DNA of 64,000 bases from a virus. The notes beneath the pieces are model-generated. The model did not search any database, had not been told where the DNA came from, and worked only from the letters and a program-made list of their open reading frames with translations. The translations under genes and the position numbers were made by a program. Where the stretch lies: IMG/VR virus record IMGVR_UViG_3300017917_002441, positions 32,001 to 96,000 of that record. One strand, 5' to 3'. Positions 38,093-47,299 of the stretch are shown one piece after another; within the stretch, counting starts at the first letter, position 1, and every line of letters begins with the position of its first letter.

Positions 38093-38385
38093 TTCAAGCA
38101 ACACTGCAAGTTGGTACACCTTGGCATCTAGAGTTTTTTAAAAACCTAGGATGCCTACACGGTAGTATCACCAAACACAAATACTGGGAATTGGAACACA
38201 CTTACTACAGCGATGTTTTGCTGGACGTCAATGTGCAATTTAACAATCGCACAGACCATAGTGGATTATCAATCACAGTTGGTGTACTGGGGTATGGCAT
38301 TAGTTTTAAAATCTATGACCATCGTCACTGGGACTATGAAAACAACTGCTGGGAAGATCATGAGCAACACCCCCGAGCATCGTGA
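38089..38385 (+). CDS. Hypothetical protein
   Basis: Coupled ORF. Confidence 0.6.
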   Translation: MIQATLQVGTPWHLEFFKNLGCLHGSITKHKYWELEHTYYSDVLLDVNVQFNNRTDHSGLSITVGVLGYGISFKIYDHRHWDYENNCWEDHEQHPRAS

Positions 38386-38602
38386 CATTTTGGGACAGCC
38401 CTTGGCCATAGGCGACTGTGTGGTATATCCGTCTAGCAATGCCATGTACGTGGGCACTATTGTTAAATTGAATCCAAAAATGATCAAGGTTCGCCGTGTG
38501 GGCACCAGATCAAACTGGGAACAAAATAAATATCCCGATGACCTTGCCAAGGTCAGTGGTGCCGAAGTCACTATGTATTTGTTGAAAAACAACGCTGGTT
38601 GA
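38360..38602 (+). CDS. Hypothetical SH3-like protein
   Basis: DILGQPLAIGDCVV; start at ATG 38360. Confidence 0.65.
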   Translation: MSNTPEHRDILGQPLAIGDCVVYPSSNAMYVGTIVKLNPKMIKVRRVGTRSNWEQNKYPDDLAKVSGAEVTMYLLKNNAG

Positions 38603-38627
38603 CACAGTTATTCGATATTGTTATAAT
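38599..38627 (+). promoter_or_regulatory. sigma70-type promoter, leaderless geometry
   Basis: TTGACA-17-TATAAT with TG extension; ATG 38634 is 6 nt after -10. Confidence 0.75.
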
Positions 38628-38633
38628 ATTGAC

Positions 38634-38858
38634 ATGGCATACAATACTCCCCAAACTCCTGACGACACTGAGTACTCGTTTATTCAACCCCCTAGCAGTA
38701 TTTCTTGCATGGCCGGCAGTGAAGAAATGTTCAGGGTTGGGCCTGATGGGTTTTGGGTACGTGGGACAAAGGTGCCGCAAGATGAGCACGAAGCTCAAGC
38801 CGTGTACCAGGCATTCAAAGAGTTTTTGACTTGGGCACAGCTAACTAGACCGTATTAA
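38634..38858 (+). CDS. Hypothetical protein
   Basis: ORF after promoter. Confidence 0.65.
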   Translation: MAYNTPQTPDDTEYSFIQPPSSISCMAGSEEMFRVGPDGFWVRGTKVPQDEHEAQAVYQAFKEFLTWAQLTRPY

Positions 38859-38875
38859 TTAAACAAGGAGCAATT

Positions 38876-39550
38876 ATGTACGCAACTTCAACATATCGTT
38901 CTGCTGGGCAGATCAACTCAGCAATGAGCCGTGTGTATGGACACATGGGACTGGCAGTGATTACATCAATGATTGTGAGTTTCTTAGTGGGCAACAGTGC
39001 CGCACTAATGGCATTCTTTTTCACTGGTGTAATGAAATGGATTGTAATTTTCGCACCTCTCATTGCCATTCTTGGCGTTACCTTTGCCGCAGACAAGATG
39101 AGCAAAAGTGCGTTGACTATTTTCTTACATGGCTTTGCCGCATTAATGGGCCTGAGCTTTGCAACAATTTTTGTGGTGTATAACCTAGGATCAATTGTGT
39201 CAGCGTTCATGGCCGCGGCTGTGTTGTTTGGTACCATGAGTTTTTACGGATACTTTACTAAAAAGAACTTGGACTCCATTGGACAGTTCTTGTTTGTGGG
39301 ATTGATTGCAATCATCATTGCCAGCATCATTAATATCTTTATTGGATCAACAGTGATGCAAATGGTTATCTCAGCTATTGCTGTGATTGTGTTCCTGGGC
39401 CTAACTGCTTACGACACACAAAAAATCCGCAAACTTGTGAGCGTGGACAACGACGGCAAAGCTGAAATCTTTGGCGCACTTACACTGTATCTAGACTTTA
39501 TCAACTTGTTCTTGAGCTTGTTGCAACTGTTTGGTGGTCGCAAGGATTAA
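38876..39550 (+). CDS. Bax inhibitor-1/YccA family membrane protein
   Basis: Seven hydrophobic segments; AYDTQKI, ALTLYLDFINLF. Confidence 0.92.
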   Translation: MYATSTYRSAGQINSAMSRVYGHMGLAVITSMIVSFLVGNSAALMAFFFTGVMKWIVIFAPLIAILGVTFAADKMSKSALTIFLHGFAALMGLSFATIFVVYNLGSIVSAFMAAAVLFGTMSFYGYFTKKNLDSIGQFLFVGLIAIIIASIINIFIGSTVMQMVISAIAVIVFLGLTAYDTQKIRKLVSVDNDGKAEIFGALTLYLDFINLFLSLLQLFGGRKD

Positions 39551-39553
39551 CAC

Positions 39554-39946
39554 ATGGGTGCCGAACATACAGAACTAATTGAACATCTCAAGGGTGTCCG
39601 GCACATTGTAATCAACGCATGCCATGGCGGGTTTGGGCTCAGTCCCGACGCCATGCGCATGTATCTAACCAAGGCTGGACTTGAATACACCGAAGAAGAC
39701 CGTGGAGATCGATTCAGTACCACAACGTTTGGCCCACTCTTTTTTGTCAACGGGGAGTTTTTTAGCGATCGAGAAATTGCTAGAGACGATCCTATATTGA
39801 TTTCTGTTGTACGTGAACTAGGAGAAGAAGCTCCTGGTCGACACGCCGAACTCAAAATTCTAACAATACCTGCTGACGTGGATTGGCAAATCGACGAATA
39901 TGATGGTTGGGAATGGATAGCCGAAAAGCACCGCACTTGGTCATAA
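39554..39946 (+). CDS. Hypothetical phage protein
   Basis: IN.CHGGFGLS, RDDP.L..VV, IDEYDG.E. Confidence 0.75.
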   Translation: MGAEHTELIEHLKGVRHIVINACHGGFGLSPDAMRMYLTKAGLEYTEEDRGDRFSTTTFGPLFFVNGEFFSDREIARDDPILISVVRELGEEAPGRHAELKILTIPADVDWQIDEYDGWEWIAEKHRTWS

Positions 39947-39949
39947 TAG

Positions 39950-39978
39950 TTGACACCTCCAACAGTTTATCATATAAT
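39950..39978 (+). promoter_or_regulatory. sigma70-type promoter
   Basis: TTGACA-17-TATAAT. Confidence 0.75.
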
Positions 39979-39983
39979 ATTAA

Positions 39984-40140
39984 GGCATGCTCAAGGAGAT
40001 TGTGCTTTCTAATGGGCCAGAGGGAGAAGCTAGCTTTGACCGGACCCAATGGTTGCCGTGACATGTAGATGTAAGTCACATAGGCTGAGACACTGTCCTT
40101 GAGAAATCAAAACCTGGGCTGGTACCCCGGGGGTATGTCC
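39984..40140 (+). ncRNA. Candidate structured RNA (unknown class)
   Basis: Nested helices starting at predicted TSS; see finding. Confidence 0.5.
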
Positions 40141-40169
40141 ATAAGGAAATAACAGTGAAAGGATGTAGT

Positions 40170-40478
40170 ATGTCTGTTGATATCGAGGCCCCTGCGCAGA
40201 GCATGCCGAAGTCACTCGACTCTCTTAAAATAACGCCCGAGAGCATGCACCGAATTTACTTTGAGTTGAGTAACGAAAAATCTTGGTACTCGCTCATGGC
40301 TGAAGCCCGAACTTGGTTTGGCAAAAACTGGCGCACTCAACCCCGCGTCAAACGCAAATTCCAAAAATATGCCATAGTTCCATCAGTTAAAATATGGTTT
40401 GACGTTCCAGACCCCAAGTTTGGGACATGGGTAGCCGTTAAACTAGCCGTAAGACAGGTGGAAGGCCCCAATAAATAA
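40170..40478 (+). CDS. Hypothetical protein
   Basis: AAGGA SD; WRTQPRVKRK, WFDVPD. Confidence 0.7.
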   Translation: MSVDIEAPAQSMPKSLDSLKITPESMHRIYFELSNEKSWYSLMAEARTWFGKNWRTQPRVKRKFQKYAIVPSVKIWFDVPDPKFGTWVAVKLAVRQVEGPNK

Positions 40479-40482
40479 ATCT

Positions 40483-41847
40483 ATGATCTTGAGTTATTGG
40501 ACCCTTGCTGTAGCACTGTCCTTGAGCCTGGTGGCTGCTTGGTATAGTATCGCTGGCCTTGCGGCCATTTTTGCCGCGGCAGTAATGCCCATTGTAATCA
40601 TGGGCGGTATCATGGAAGTGGCCAAGATCACTGTTACAATATGGTTGCACGAATACTGGCAATACGCCAAACGTGCCATGAAGATACAGCTCACTATTTC
40701 AGTGGTGTTGTTGATGTTTATTACCAGCATGGGCATTTTTGGTTTCCTAAGCAAGGCACACACAGATCAAAGTTTAATAAGTGGCGATGTACAAAGTAAG
40801 ATTGCAATATATGATGAAAAAATCAAAACTGCTCGAGAGAATATTGAAGCCAACCGCAGACAACTCAAACAAATGGATGAGGCTGTGGACCAAGTCATGG
40901 CACGAAGCACAACAGAAGAAGGTGCGTCAAAAGCGAATGCTATACGCAAATCTCAGCAAAGGGATCGTACTAGTCTTGCCAAAGACATTGAAGCCAACCA
41001 GAAGCTCATTGCTACTCTTAATGACGAAGCCGCACCTATTCGAGCAGAAGTACGTAAAGTAGAAGCCGAGGTTGGGCCAATCAAATACATTGCCGCCTTG
41101 GTTTATGGTGATAATCCCGACGCAAACTTACTAGAAAAAGCTGTACGCTGGGTAATAATTTTATTGGTTATAGTGTTTGATCCTTTGGCCATTGCCATGG
41201 TGTTGGCAGCCACGGAGAGTTTGAAATGGGAACGACAGCGAGTATTTGACGCCCTAAACGTTGTGCCTGAAGAAGCCAAAGATGACCCAACACCTGAACC
41301 TGCCCCAGTTGATGACCCGCCGACCGACAGTTGGCAAGAACGCACTGATGAATTACTGGAAATATTCAAAGACCAACCAACTCATTTGGATCCAGAACCA
41401 ACAACTGAGATCGACGATGAGCAAGAAACTCCAGAAATAAAAGAAGCCATGCGCCGTTGGAAAGAAGCTAACCCTGGGGACACACTCAAGCATCAACGTG
41501 CATTGTTAGAACAAGGCAAGATCAAAGAGTTGCCTTGGATGCAGTTGATTGCTGACAATGCTTTACCAAGAGAACCCAAGTCTAGATTTGGTACACGTTT
41601 CCCGGATGATCCCATCAAAGGCGATAGCTTTGTTAGAGTTGACCAGCTTCCCACTGTGTTGTATAAATTCAACGGAAAAGACTGGATTCAAGTTGACAAA
41701 AGTTTAACAGACAACTATACTTACGATACAGCCTACATTGATCACTTGATAGAAAAAATCAGCTCAGGTGAGCTTGATATTGAACTATTGAGCGACAGTG
41801 AACGTGAGCAAATTACTCAACAACTTCAAACTCGTACAAATCAATGA
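40483..41847 (+). CDS. Membrane protein with long coiled coil
   Basis: N-terminal TMs, ITSMGIFGFLSKAH, coiled coil, EVGPIKYIA, VFDPLA. Confidence 0.75.
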   Translation: MILSYWTLAVALSLSLVAAWYSIAGLAAIFAAAVMPIVIMGGIMEVAKITVTIWLHEYWQYAKRAMKIQLTISVVLLMFITSMGIFGFLSKAHTDQSLISGDVQSKIAIYDEKIKTARENIEANRRQLKQMDEAVDQVMARSTTEEGASKANAIRKSQQRDRTSLAKDIEANQKLIATLNDEAAPIRAEVRKVEAEVGPIKYIAALVYGDNPDANLLEKAVRWVIILLVIVFDPLAIAMVLAATESLKWERQRVFDALNVVPEEAKDDPTPEPAPVDDPPTDSWQERTDELLEIFKDQPTHLDPEPTTEIDDEQETPEIKEAMRRWKEANPGDTLKHQRALLEQGKIKELPWMQLIADNALPREPKSRFGTRFPDDPIKGDSFVRVDQLPTVLYKFNGKDWIQVDKSLTDNYTYDTAYIDHLIEKISSGELDIELLSDSEREQITQQLQTRTNQ

Positions 41848-43049
41848 CAAACCGAACAGATTTAGATTCATGCAGTTTTTGTGGCAAACACAAAGATGCA
41901 GTGGCCAAACTCATTGTTGGCGATAATGTCAGCATTTGTAATGAATGTGTAGACCTTTGCGAAAACCTTCTGAAAGAAGACCTTGGGCACGCCAAGAAGG
42001 CCGATCGTGCAGTCAGTATAGATCCAGTTGCTATCAAAGAGCACTTGGATCAGTACGTTATTGGGCAGGATGGTGCCAAGATTGTGCTCAGTGTGGCCAT
42101 TGCCAATCACTACAAACGCATCAATAACCCAGACAAAAACACCGAGATTGAAAAGGTCAATATTTTAATGTTTGGGCCCACAGGGTCTGGCAAAACACTG
42201 TTGGCACGTAGCGTAGCACGTTATCTTGATGTGCCGTTTGTTATCGCAGATGCCACAAGTTTAACCGAAGCTGGTTATGTAGGCGACGACGTAGAAAGCC
42301 TGATCAGCAGACTGTATGCGGCCGCAGACTATGACGTCAAACGTTGCGAACGCGGAATTGTGTTCTTGGACGAAGTTGACAAAATTAGTCGTCGTAGCGA
42401 GAGTGCCAGCATCACACGTGATGTGTCAGGAGAAGGCGTACAACAAGCTTTGCTCAAGCTAGTAGAAGGCACCAAGTGCCGTGTGACACCACAAGGCGGA
42501 CGCAAACACCCCACAGGCGAAATTGTGGAAATTGATACCACAAATATCTTGTTTATTGCTGGTGGTGCATTTGTCGGCATGGATAACATTGTCAAAAGTC
42601 GCATTCAGGGCACCAGCATTGGATTTGGTGCAGAAGTCAAGCGCGAAACTGTTAACTTGGGTCAAGCCACACCAGATGACATTGTGAAGTTTGGTATGAT
42701 TCCCGAATTTGTAGGACGTTTTCCAACTTGGGTTGCATTGCAACAACTCAGCAAAGAAGACCTAGTGCGTATCTTGATTGATATCAAGCACAGCTATATC
42801 AGTCAATACAAGTGGCTGTTTGGGCAAGATGAGATTGAGCTTGAGTTTACCCCTGAGGCCCTGGAGCAGATTGCTGGCAATACTATTTCCAACAAAACTG
42901 GTGCCCGTGGCTTGCACAGCGAACTTGAACGTGTGTTGTTGCCACACATGTATCGACTGCCTGAATACCGCAGACAAAACATTAACCGCGTAGTAATTGA
43001 CGAAACCATGGTAAATACACCAAGGGAGTTAAAACAAGCGAATGAGTAA
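41844..43049 (+). CDS. clpX: ATP-dependent Clp protease ATPase ClpX
   Basis: CSFC...ICNEC zinc domain, GPTGSGKT, TEAGYVGDDVE, RDVSGEGVQQ, RKH, IGF loop. Confidence 0.95.
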   Translation: MTNRTDLDSCSFCGKHKDAVAKLIVGDNVSICNECVDLCENLLKEDLGHAKKADRAVSIDPVAIKEHLDQYVIGQDGAKIVLSVAIANHYKRINNPDKNTEIEKVNILMFGPTGSGKTLLARSVARYLDVPFVIADATSLTEAGYVGDDVESLISRLYAAADYDVKRCERGIVFLDEVDKISRRSESASITRDVSGEGVQQALLKLVEGTKCRVTPQGGRKHPTGEIVEIDTTNILFIAGGAFVGMDNIVKSRIQGTSIGFGAEVKRETVNLGQATPDDIVKFGMIPEFVGRFPTWVALQQLSKEDLVRILIDIKHSYISQYKWLFGQDEIELEFTPEALEQIAGNTISNKTGARGLHSELERVLLPHMYRLPEYRRQNINRVVIDETMVNTPRELKQANE

Positions 43050-43266
43050 TTTAAAAGGACGTAGCGTAACAGTAGTTGATGGCAATGTAGAAAAGGCATT
43101 GCGTAAATTCAAGAAAAAAGTTCAAGCCGCAGGTGTGCTGAACGATGTGAGAGATCGCGAACATTACGTCAAGCCTACTACAGAACGAAAACTCAAACGC
43201 AACGCCGCTCGCAAACGTTGGGAAAAACAATTAGTCAGTCAGCAATTGCCCAAAAAAATGTATTAA
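43042..43266 (+). CDS. rpsU: Ribosomal protein bS21
   Basis: VEKALRKFKKKV...REHYVKPTTERK; TAAATA at 43012. Confidence 0.9.
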   Translation: MSNLKGRSVTVVDGNVEKALRKFKKKVQAAGVLNDVRDREHYVKPTTERKLKRNAARKRWEKQLVSQQLPKKMY

Positions 43267-43268
43267 AT

Positions 43269-43355
43269 TTGACATAGTCAAATCATTGTTGTATAAATAT
43301 TATTGTAGTGCCGATGGTCGGGCTACAAACATAAATCTTGCTTAACAAAAGGAGA
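43269..43355 (+). promoter_or_regulatory. Overlapping sigma70/late promoter and ROSE-like leader of dnaK
   Basis: TTGACA-17-TATAAA(TA); hairpin 43305-43326; CTTGCTT opposite AAGGAG. Confidence 0.6.
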
Positions 43356-43360
43356 ATGAT

Positions 43361-45241
43361 ATGAGCAAAGTCATTGGTATTGACTTAGGTACCACTAATT
43401 CATGTGTAGCCGTTATTGAAAACGGAACCCCCCGAGTAATTGAAAACAGCGAAGGCGCACGTACAACGCCCAGTATCGTTGCCTATGCCGAAGACGAAAT
43501 CCTAGTGGGTGCGTCGGCCAAACGCCAAGCAGTTACCAATCCCAAAAATACAGTGTATGCGGCCAAGCGACTGATTGGTCGTAAGTTTGAAGAACAAGCT
43601 GTACAAAAAGACATTGACTTGATGCCGTATGAAATCATCCGAGCAACCAATGGCGATGCATGGGTACGTGCTCGAGACAAAGACCTAGCACCTCCGCAAA
43701 TCTCTGCAGAAGTTCTTCGCAAAATGAAGAGAACTGCCGAAGACTATCTTGGTCACGAAGTAACTCAAGCAGTTATCACAGTTCCAGCTTACTTTAACGA
43801 TAGCCAACGTCAGGCCACCAAGGACGCAGGTAAAATTGCTGGCTTGGAAGTATTACGTATCATTAACGAACCCACAGCGGCTGCTCTAGCATACGGAGTA
43901 GACAAGAACGACAAAGCCGATCGCAAAGTAGCTGTGTATGACTTGGGTGGTGGTACATTTGACGTAAGCATCATTGAAATCGCCAACGTAGACGGTGACA
44001 AACAAGTTGAGGTACTCAGCACCAACGGCGACACCTTCCTGGGCGGTGAAGACTTTGACCAGCGCATTATGGACTTCCTGTGCGACGAGTTCAAGAAAGA
44101 AAATGGTATTGATCTCAAGAAAGACATGCTGGCATTGCAACGTCTCAAAGACGCCGCAGAAAAGGCCAAGATTGAACTTTCAAACAGCGCACAAACAGAC
44201 ATCAATTTGCCGTATGTCACAGCAGATGCTACTGGTCCCAAACACTTAAACGTCAAACTCACACGTGCTAAGTTGGAAAGCCTAGTAGAAGATCTTATCA
44301 AGCGCAGTCTTGAACCATGCCGTGTTGCTATGAAGGATGCCGGGGTAAGTGCCAGCGACATTGACGAAGTTATCCTTGTTGGTGGACAAACACGTATGCC
44401 CAAGGTACAAGAAGCAGTTGAGCAACTGTTTGGCAAGGCACCGCGTCGAGACGTAAACCCTGACGAAGCTGTGGCAGTGGGTGCGGCGATTCAAGGTGCA
44501 GTGTTGTCAGGGGATCGCAAAGACGTATTGTTGTTGGACGTTACTCCACTAAGCCTTGGCATTGAAACCATGGGCGGCGTAATGGCCAAGTTGATTCAGA
44601 AGAACACAACTATTCCTACAAAGCAAAGCCAAGTATTCTCTACAGCAGAAGATAACCAGCCTGCTGTGACAATCAAAGTGTACCAAGGTGAGCGAGAATT
44701 TTGCCAACACAACAAGCTCTTGGGCGAGTTTAACTTGGAAGGTATCCCGCCAGCACGTCGTGGCACACCGCAGATTGAAGTTACATTGGATATTGACGCC
44801 AATGGTATTATGCACGTCAGCGCCAAGGACAAAGCCACTGGCAAGGAAAACAAGATCACTATCAAGGCCAACTCAGGCCTAACAGAAGCAGAAATCCAAG
44901 ACATGATCAAAGACGCAGAACTCAATGCCGAAGAAGATCGTCGTCAACGTGATCTTGTGCAAGCTCGTAACAATGCCGAAAGCACTGTACACAATATCCG
45001 CAAGGACATTGAAGAACTACGCACTGAACTCACTGCTGAACAAATTGACAAGATTGAAGCAGTGTGCAAGGAACTCGAAGAAGCTGCCAAGGGCACTGAT
45101 CGTGAAGCAATTACTAGCAAGATCAGTGAAGTCATGGTAGCTAGCGAACCCATCTTTAAGGCAAAAGCCAACAAAGACAGCAGTGAAGCCAAAACTGACG
45201 ACACTGTGGTTGATGCTGACTTTACCGAGAAGAAAGACTGA
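43361..45241 (+). CDS. dnaK: Chaperone DnaK (Hsp70)
   Basis: [39 protein letters not shown]. Confidence 0.97.
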   Translation: MSKVIGIDLGTTNSCVAVIENGTPRVIENSEGARTTPSIVAYAEDEILVGASAKRQAVTNPKNTVYAAKRLIGRKFEEQAVQKDIDLMPYEIIRATNGDAWVRARDKDLAPPQISAEVLRKMKRTAEDYLGHEVTQAVITVPAYFNDSQRQATKDAGKIAGLEVLRIINEPTAAALAYGVDKNDKADRKVAVYDLGGGTFDVSIIEIANVDGDKQVEVLSTNGDTFLGGEDFDQRIMDFLCDEFKKENGIDLKKDMLALQRLKDAAEKAKIELSNSAQTDINLPYVTADATGPKHLNVKLTRAKLESLVEDLIKRSLEPCRVAMKDAGVSASDIDEVILVGGQTRMPKVQEAVEQLFGKAPRRDVNPDEAVAVGAAIQGAVLSGDRKDVLLLDVTPLSLGIETMGGVMAKLIQKNTTIPTKQSQVFSTAEDNQPAVTIKVYQGEREFCQHNKLLGEFNLEGIPPARRGTPQIEVTLDIDANGIMHVSAKDKATGKENKITIKANSGLTEAEIQDMIKDAELNAEEDRRQRDLVQARNNAESTVHNIRKDIEELRTELTAEQIDKIEAVCKELEEAAKGTDREAITSKISEVMVASEPIFKAKANKDSSEAKTDDTVVDADFTEKKD

Positions 45242-45253
45242 GGGAACTCAGTA

Positions 45254-45305
45254 GGCGGTGCCCAATAAAGGGGCCGCCATAGTCAACTTGCTTAATTAAA
45301 GGAGA
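45254..45305 (+). promoter_or_regulatory. ROSE-like RNA thermometer candidate
   Basis: GGCGGTGCCC/GGGGCCGCC hairpin then CTTGCTT...AAGGAG before hsp20. Confidence 0.6.
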
Positions 45306-45311
45306 AACAAC

Positions 45312-45752
45312 ATGACTAAATTTACAGCTTTTGATCTAACCCCCATTTATCGCACCAGCATTGGTGTTGATCGATTGTTTGATCGTATCATGAACCAAGT
45401 GGAGCATGCGGCCACCAATAATTACCCACCCTATAACATTGTCAAAACTGGAGAGCATACATTTGAGCTACAGTTGGCAGTGGCTGGATTTACACAAGGT
45501 GAGCTAGAAATCACTGTCAAAGAAGGTACTTGCACTGTTGTTGGTGAAAAAATCAACAACGAATTGCCCGAAGGACACGAGTACTTCTACCATGGCATCA
45601 GCGCACGAAAATTTGTTCGTAGCTGGCCCTTGGGCGAGTATGTCGAAGTGCGTGATGCTGTTGTAAAAGATGGTATTTTGACAGTGCGTTTAGAGCAAGT
45701 GGTGCCCGAAAGCGCCAAGCCAAAGAGCATTGCAATCACTTACGCAAGTTAA
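45312..45752 (+). CDS. Small heat-shock protein (IbpA-like Hsp20)
   Basis: NYPPYNI, LAVAGF, HGIS.R.F, DGIL.V.L, PK.I.I. Confidence 0.93.
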   Translation: MTKFTAFDLTPIYRTSIGVDRLFDRIMNQVEHAATNNYPPYNIVKTGEHTFELQLAVAGFTQGELEITVKEGTCTVVGEKINNELPEGHEYFYHGISARKFVRSWPLGEYVEVRDAVVKDGILTVRLEQVVPESAKPKSIAITYAS

Positions 45753-45766
45753 TATAATAGTAAATA

Positions 45767-45791
45767 CAGTAGCGGGATAATCCCGCTACTG
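45767..45791. other. Perfect 11-bp hairpin directly after TAAATA
   Basis: CAGTAGCGGGA-TAA-TCCCGCTACTG; no U-tract. Confidence 0.6.
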
Positions 45792-45806
45792 ATCAAGGAA
45801 CAGAAC

Positions 45807-46118
45807 ATGGCACAAGCAGAACCAAGAACAAAAATCAAACCCGTAGAAAAAGTCAAAGAGCCACCTATGTTTCGTGTGATTTATCTAAATGATAATCAAA
45901 CCAGCATGGAGTTTGTAATTGATAGCCTCATGGAGTACTTTGATTACACCGAAGAAAGTGCTGAAAAACTCACCATTGACATCCACGAAACCGGCAGTGC
46001 TGTTGTTGCAGTGCTACCGTATGAAATTGCGGAACAAAAAGGTATTGAAGTTACAATCAGTGCCAGAAGTCAAAGCTACCCGCTACAGGTCAAGCTTGAG
46101 CCCGAAGACGTAGTTTAA
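45807..46118 (+). CDS. clpS: N-end rule adaptor ClpS
   Basis: P.MFRVIYLNDNQTSMEFV, IH..G.A, EIAEQK, YPL. Confidence 0.9.
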   Translation: MAQAEPRTKIKPVEKVKEPPMFRVIYLNDNQTSMEFVIDSLMEYFDYTEESAEKLTIDIHETGSAVVAVLPYEIAEQKGIEVTISARSQSYPLQVKLEPEDVV

Positions 46119-46918
46119 ACATTAATCTCAATGCGCATGGGATGATACACATGACGGCACCAATCGGTGCCGTGTCTACCACGGCAGTTGTTTAAAAATC
46201 TTATGTCATGGCGAGTTTGATCCACACTGCCATGATAGTGTCCAAAGCACCAAGTATGTAATTTGTTGCCGTGGTCTGCGCCCAGGGCTTGCATCATGTT
46301 GTTGTTGCCCAAGGTGTTGAAGCGCATGGTACCGTCAAGACTGATGTCGTGTTTGACTAATTCCCAATAAGGCACAGTGTGTGTAACCGCTACAATATGC
46401 TGTACGTCAAGGTGAGTTTGTAGTTTGTCTACACTGCTGATCATGTAAGTGGCATCAGTGTTGCTCATTCTAGCGATGCTTTTGGTTGTGCGTGAGTTAA
46501 TTGGGGCATGTGGTTGCATTTTTTCTTCCCACCACAAGGCACATTGTTCAGGGTTGATGCTAATGTCAAAATCCCAGCCCCACCACCCGTTGGTGCCTAA
46601 TATAGCCACACCATCGATCACAACTAGATTATTTTGCAAGTAAACAACATTGGGAATTTTAGCAATGCGTTTTTCTAAGTCACGATAACTGTTGGGGAGA
46701 TCGTCATAGTAGTCCACATGTTCTTCGTTGCCGTCTATATAAAACACAGCTTGATAGCATTGACCAAGATGTCTAAGTGTATTAATTAACAAGTCACGAT
46801 CTCTAGCAACATCTCCAGCTACTATACAAAAGGAACTGGTGGCACGACCCTCCCAGTCAAACGGTTTAGGCCACGTGTCTACGTGTAAATCAGAAATTAA
46901 ATCAAAAGCAAATTGCAT
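46115..46918 (-). CDS. Calcineurin-like metallophosphoesterase
   Basis: SDLH, AGD, GNEEH, THTVP, FGHYH; TAAATA 6 nt upstream on - strand. Confidence 0.85.
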   Translation of the reverse strand: MQFAFDLISDLHVDTWPKPFDWEGRATSSFCIVAGDVARDRDLLINTLRHLGQCYQAVFYIDGNEEHVDYYDDLPNSYRDLEKRIAKIPNVVYLQNNLVVIDGVAILGTNGWWGWDFDISINPEQCALWWEEKMQPHAPINSRTTKSIARMSNTDATYMISSVDKLQTHLDVQHIVAVTHTVPYWELVKHDISLDGTMRFNTLGNNNMMQALGADHGNKLHTWCFGHYHGSVDQTRHDIRFLNNCRGRHGTDWCRHVYHPMRIEINV

Positions 46919-46942
46919 GATACATATTTAAAAGGAATTGAC

Positions 46943-47299
46943 ATGAACATAATATTTGGCGAAGACATTAAACATTTACCTGACAACTACACCATCCTAG
47001 AATTAGATAGTTTTAGATTCACTAGATCGGGAGAAATTGCCAAGGCATACTGTGTGGTTGAGAAAATACCCTTGGGTGAATTCCCCACACTAGACGAATA
47101 CAGAAATGCACACAATGAACTGTTGGTGCAGTATCGTGCTAAGAATTGGGAGTATTGCCAGGAAGCTATCAAAGCACTAACGGGCCGCTGGGGTGGAGAG
47201 CTTGACACATTTTATCAAAGCCTGCTGGAACGTGTGCAAGCTTACGAACAAACACCACCTGGTGATGACTGGGACGGTGTGATACTTAAAATAGCTTGA
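46943..47299 (+). CDS. Stand-alone paralogue of adenylate-cyclase C-terminal tail
   Basis: Y..LELD...H...L..YR...L.GR..GE.D..Y....ER......P...DWDGV shared with 52858..54909; AAGGA SD before ATG 46943. Confidence 0.7.
   Translation: MNIIFGEDIKHLPDNYTILELDSFRFTRSGEIAKAYCVVEKIPLGEFPTLDEYRNAHNELLVQYRAKNWEYCQEAIKALTGRWGGELDTFYQSLLERVQAYEQTPPGDDWDGVILKIA

Noticed and set aside
39984-40140. TPP riboswitch (GCTGAGA...AACCTG) or tRNA/tmRNA
   Set aside because: Missing the TPP GAUAAU/GCG core and thiamine context; no T-arm or CCA end; kept as unknown RNA
43483-44925. Long antisense ORFs over dnaK (and over helicase, nrdA, structural genes)
   Set aside because: Shadow ORFs from codon bias of the sense gene; no SD or recognisable motifs
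45767-45791. Hairpin as intrinsic terminator
   Set aside because: No U-tract on either strand; more likely a leader or processing structure
38876-46118. Bacterial chromosome or host contamination suggested by dnaK/clpX/rpsU
   Set aside because: Interleaved with phage-type genes and promoters; bacterial neighbours such as dnaJ, grpE, tig and lon are absent
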